The notes under the pieces: generated by a model | The model's input: the letters and a program-made list of their open reading frames with translations, nothing else | The model's database searches: none | What the model was told of the DNA's origin: nothing | Program-made: the position numbers and the translations under genes | Shown: one piece after another, positions 61,401 to 64,000 of the stretch | Layout: every line of letters starts with the position of its first letter | How positions within the stretch are numbered: position 1 is the first letter of the stretch | NCBI GenBank assembly: GCA_963737065.1 | Contig: CAVTRC010000002.1 | Coordinates: 384,001 to 448,000, forward strand | Direction of reading: 5' to 3' | Length of the DNA: 64,000 nt | From: Candidatus Eremiobacteria bacterium | GTDB lineage: Bacteria > Vulcanimicrobiota > Vulcanimicrobiia > Vulcanimicrobiales > Vulcanimicrobiaceae

Positions 61401-63049
61401 CGTACGGTGCGCGAAGTACCACTCTACAAGAAGCACACGACGCGGTGTACGCAGACACGTATCTGCGCGATTCGCGTCCGGTCTACATCGATGCAATTGA
61501 GTATGTTGGCGATGACGACTGCTACGATCTGCAAATGTGCGATCAGTCCAGTCCGTACTTCATCGCAAACGGGGTCGCTACGCATAATTGCTATCAAGAG
61601 CAGATCATGCAGATGGCGCGTGATATCGCCGGCTTCACGATGGGCCAAGCGGACGAACTTCGCAAGGTCATGGGCAAGAAACAGAAGGACAAGATCCCCG
61701 TTTATCGCGAGAAATTCATCGAAGGCGCGAAAGCGGCGTCGGGGATCGAGCGCGATCTCGCGGAGCAAATCTTCGCTTTCATCGAGCCGTTCGCCGGATA
61801 TGGATTCAACAAGGCGCACGCGGCCGCGTACGGATGGATCGCGTATCAAACGGCATTCTTGAAGGCGAATCATCCCTTGCCGTATATGAGCGCCCTGATG
61901 ACGTCGGTAAAGGACAGAACCGATAAGCTCGTCGAGTACATCGATGAGGCGAAGAAGCTCGGCATAGAAGTCTTGCCGCCGGACATCAATGAATCGCTCG
62001 TGAATTTTGCCGTCATTCGAGCGGCTCATGACGGCGATCGGATACGCTTTGGGCTCGCGGCAATCAAAGGTGTGGGCGAAGGCGCGGTTCAGAGCATCAT
62101 CGACTCGCGCGAGCGCGACGGTAAATTTACCGACCTGTTCGACTTGGCAAGGCGCGTGGACGGCAAACAAGTGAACCGGCGGGTGTTCGAAGCGTTGATC
62201 AAATGCGGTGCGTTAGACGCGCTGCCGGGCAACCGCGCGCAGAAACTTGCGGCGCTCGACGTTGCACTCGATCTCGCCGCCCATGCGACGCGCGAGCAAG
62301 AAATGGGGCAGTTCTCGCTCTTCGGCGATTTGGCGGAACACGCGCCGGCGCTGGTTCCGACGCTTCCCAATGTGCCGCCGCCGAATACGCGCGAAATGCT
62401 CGCTTGGGAGAGAGAGACACTCGGTATTTTCGTTTCAGGCCATCCTCTTGCCGACGTACAGAACATGCTCGTCCGGCAGGGCGCGACGCTCATCAAGGAC
62501 CTTCGTAACGTCGAAGACGAAGCGGCAGTCACGATTGCCGGAATGGTGACAAGCGTACGGCGTACGTTAACGAAAGCCGGACAACAAATCCTCATCGCAT
62601 CGGTCGAGGACACGAGCGGCGGGTGTGATGTGGTCGTTTTCGCAAAACTTTATCCGACGGTCCAACACTATTTCATCGACGACGCTATCGTCGTCGTGAA
62701 GGGACGGTTGCGATTGCGCGAGCGGCCGGGAGTGGCGCCTGGCGAAGAACTGCCCGTCGAACTTTCCGTTAGCGCAAACGATGTCGCGCCGTTCGAACCG
62801 CCAAAGATCAACGGCGTGCACCTCGCGCCGCGGGCCGTGCGCGGCTGGCATGTAGAGGTACATTTTCGGGATCAAATCGATCGCCTCGCAGCGCTCGTCG
62901 ACGAGTGGCCCGGCCACGTTCCACTTTTCATGCACGCACGCGGTAGGAGCCAACAACTTTCGCGTACCGTCGCAGCAGATTATCGTCTGCGCGATGAGCT
63001 CGAGCGTATCTTCGGGCCCGGAAACGTACGCGAGGCGCTCGATGCTTAG
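58454..63049 (+). CDS. dnaE: DNA polymerase III alpha subunit, intein-containing
   Basis: HLHVHSEYSLLDG PHP, GRGSA, PDIDTDF, GYGFNKAHA. Confidence 0.97.
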   Translation: MSQFVHLHVHSEYSLLDGACRVDRLCRRTAEDGAPAVALTDHGVMYGAMEFYYAARDVRLTPIIGCEAYIAPRGRFDRTVRDEAHVTLLAGDLIGYRNLTALISKGFLEGYYYKPRIDLDLLEKHNDGLIVLSGCMSGMVAAPLLKNDVETSLKNAKTFVEIFGDRFYIEVMRHGMPEQDAINDGLISVARQLNVPIVATNDSHYLEQRDAPAHDVLLCIGTGKTVSDTSRMKFYSDQFYVKSAEEMYALWSDLPEACENTVKIAERIDIKIPEKIHHLPAYPVPQPEHTVEEKTAEQFLRELCEAGLIERYGEERATTDTVLRERLDYELNVINTMGFAAYFLIVWDFIKYARDNEIPVGPGRGSAVGSIVSYCLHITDLNPLKFNLFFERFLNPDRISMPDIDTDFCVERRDEVIDYVTEKYGKERVAQIVTFGTMAARAAVRDAGRALGVPLPDVDKVAKMIPSGPGGLSIAQALEQIADLKLAYSTNPQIRKLLDTAKDIEGLARNAGTHAAGVVISAGPLMDYAPLVKFNDGGVNTQFDMVWVEKIGLLKMDFLGLRNLTVMNDAVKEIRRTTDPDFDVAKIPDDDLRTFDMLSRGETMGAFQLESEGMKRVCVELRPSCFEDVIALVALYRPGPMEWIPQFISNKHGRTKPKYLHPKLEPILESSYGVACLRHDAKVWLAGGGEKPISAIVPGDMVCTHRNGAIEAARVENVWPTGRKPILRITLSTGTTIECSEDHRFPTPAGDVMARDLQIRRDGQRSPYQYTQPKSILFEAWTCSRNDARLSVGVHRAYFLGLSIGDGSLAARGSLSSGAGTKRAAKWIASESLHGDRSWKQNGEAKRLPRSAFDWPENERLALLRGLWDGEGCDVAGSPYFRSTSPGLLDDVSRLLSTLKIAFYRRFDAVHVEDTARFLRLIDRSSMPGKAESERRGSAAIAAHGERLRERARTGVRAAPFIERNVFRKTTRRAMGKPNVHSAYGARSTTLQEAHDAVYADTYLRDSRPVYIDAIEYVGDDDCYDLQMCDQSSPYFIANGVATHNCYQEQIMQMARDIAGFTMGQADELRKVMGKKQKDKIPVYREKFIEGAKAASGIERDLAEQIFAFIEPFAGYGFNKAHAAAYGWIAYQTAFLKANHPLPYMSALMTSVKDRTDKLVEYIDEAKKLGIEVLPPDINESLVNFAVIRAAHDGDRIRFGLAAIKGVGEGAVQSIIDSRERDGKFTDLFDLARRVDGKQVNRRVFEALIKCGALDALPGNRAQKLAALDVALDLAAHATREQEMGQFSLFGDLAEHAPALVPTLPNVPPPNTREMLAWERETLGIFVSGHPLADVQNMLVRQGATLIKDLRNVEDEAAVTIAGMVTSVRRTLTKAGQQILIASVEDTSGGCDVVVFAKLYPTVQHYFIDDAIVVVKGRLRLRERPGVAPGEELPVELSVSANDVAPFEPPKINGVHLAPRAVRGWHVEVHFRDQIDRLAALVDEWPGHVPLFMHARGRSQQLSRTVAADYRLRDELERIFGPGNVREALDA
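60479..61588 (+). mobile_element. Intein (370 aa) with degenerate LAGLIDADG region in DnaE
   Basis: YGVA|CLRHD..CSEDHRF..YDL..FIANGVATHN|CYQEQ; YFLGLSIGDGS and LLRGLWDGEG. Confidence 0.93.
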
Positions 63050-64000
63050 CGTAATGGCCGCGAGCGATCGTTTGACGCTTGCCGGTATGCGGCGCGCCGG
63101 ATGGAAGCCGTCGCCCGATCTGGTGAAGTCGGTTGCCGCGATTTTGGCCGACGTGCGTTTGCGTGGAGACGCTGCGCTCCTCGACTACATGCGCTCGGTC
63201 TGCGACGAACACTACGATGTTTCCAAGCTCCGCGTTGCGATCCCGACGCCGGACGAAGCGCGCACGCTGCTGCCGCTCGAGATCGCCGATGGCTTTCGTC
63301 TCGCGAAACAACGAATTCGTAAGGTGCACGAACGTGAGCGGCGCGCCGACGTGAATTGGGTCGACGAGGACGGAACGCGATACGGCTTGCGCTATCGTCC
63401 GTTGGATTCCGTTGCGATTTACGTTCCGGGCGGTTCCAATGCATCAGCCGTGCTCATGAGCGCGATACCTGCGAAGATCGCGGGTGTGTCACGTGTGATC
63501 GTCCTCGCGCATCCCGATGCGACCGGCGCAGTCCATCCCTCTGTGGTCTTTGCGGCAAGTATCAGCGACGTCGATGAGCTCTATGCGCTCGGCGGTGCGC
63601 ATGCGATTGCTGCGGCCGCGTTCGGGACCGAATCGATCGTGCCGGTCGATAAGGTCGTCGGGAGCGCGCCGCCGGTCGTCACTGAAGCAAAGCGGCAAGT
63701 CTACGGCATGTGCGGCATCGATACGCTCTCCGGACCGCCCGAGGTACTGGTCATCGCCGACGACGGTGCGAATACCGAACTCGTGACGGGCGAACTTCTC
63801 GCGCAAGCGGAACGCGATCGCTCAGCTCGCGTCGCGGTCGTCTCGGATTCGCGGCCGCTGCTCGATTCGGTCGCGCAACTGATCGACTCGCTCGATGTAA
63901 AAACGCTGCCGCGCGGCGACGTCATCGCCGAAGTCGTGAACGCATCGTGCTATTTGGTTCATGCGCAGAACCGCGACGAAGTTTTTGAGGTCGTGAACGG
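63042..64000 (+). CDS. Histidinol dehydrogenase-like protein (3'-truncated; catalytic motifs altered)
   Basis: Hand translation open to window end: VRLRGDAALLDY, RPLDSVAIYVPGG, AIPAKIAGV, FGTESI..VDKVVG. Confidence 0.85.
   Translation, partial: MLSVMAASDRLTLAGMRRAGWKPSPDLVKSVAAILADVRLRGDAALLDYMRSVCDEHYDVSKLRVAIPTPDEARTLLPLEIADGFRLAKQRIRKVHERERRADVNWVDEDGTRYGLRYRPLDSVAIYVPGGSNASAVLMSAIPAKIAGVSRVIVLAHPDATGAVHPSVVFAASISDVDELYALGGAHAIAAAAFGTESIVPVDKVVGSAPPVVTEAKRQVYGMCGIDTLSGPPEVLVIADDGANTELVTGELLAQAERDRSARVAVVSDSRPLLDSVAQLIDSLDVKTLPRGDVIAEVVNASCYLVHAQNRDEVFEVVN

Overview
GC-rich bacterial chromosome segment. Gene style tentatively suggests Eremiobacterota/WPS-2; this is inference and was not checked. 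It opens with the end of the spc/alpha ribosomal cluster (rplF-rplR-rpsE-rplO-secY-adk-map-infA-rpmJ-rpsM, no rpmD). A ~9.3-kb block then splits rpsM from rpsK-rpsD-rpoA-rplQ: DUF72, NTP-transferase, MFS, two tandem stalk-domain/beta-barrel proteins, mqo, a pair of distantly paralogous secreted proteins and an IS remnant. Next come trpDCFBA, pruA, an RlmI-like methylase and a VOC/CGNR pair. The complete rRNA operon has a tRNA-less ITS; its 23S carries a 283-nt ORF-less group I intron at L1931, a helix-45 IVS-like hairpin and a domain-III expansion. After it lie a decayed zone (S9 peptidase relic, two frameshifted PQQ sugar dehydrogenases), PPi-PFK, pckA and a DmpA peptidase. An orphan flagellin sits head-to-head with a TPR-sulfotransferase, sharing overlapping sigma28-type promoters. 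The window ends with a MalT-like ATPase/HD-GYP/S53 peptidase operon, a type-E-like sdhAB+CCG operon, a GAF-GGDEF protein, an intein-containing dnaE and a catalytically degenerate HisD-like gene running off the edge.
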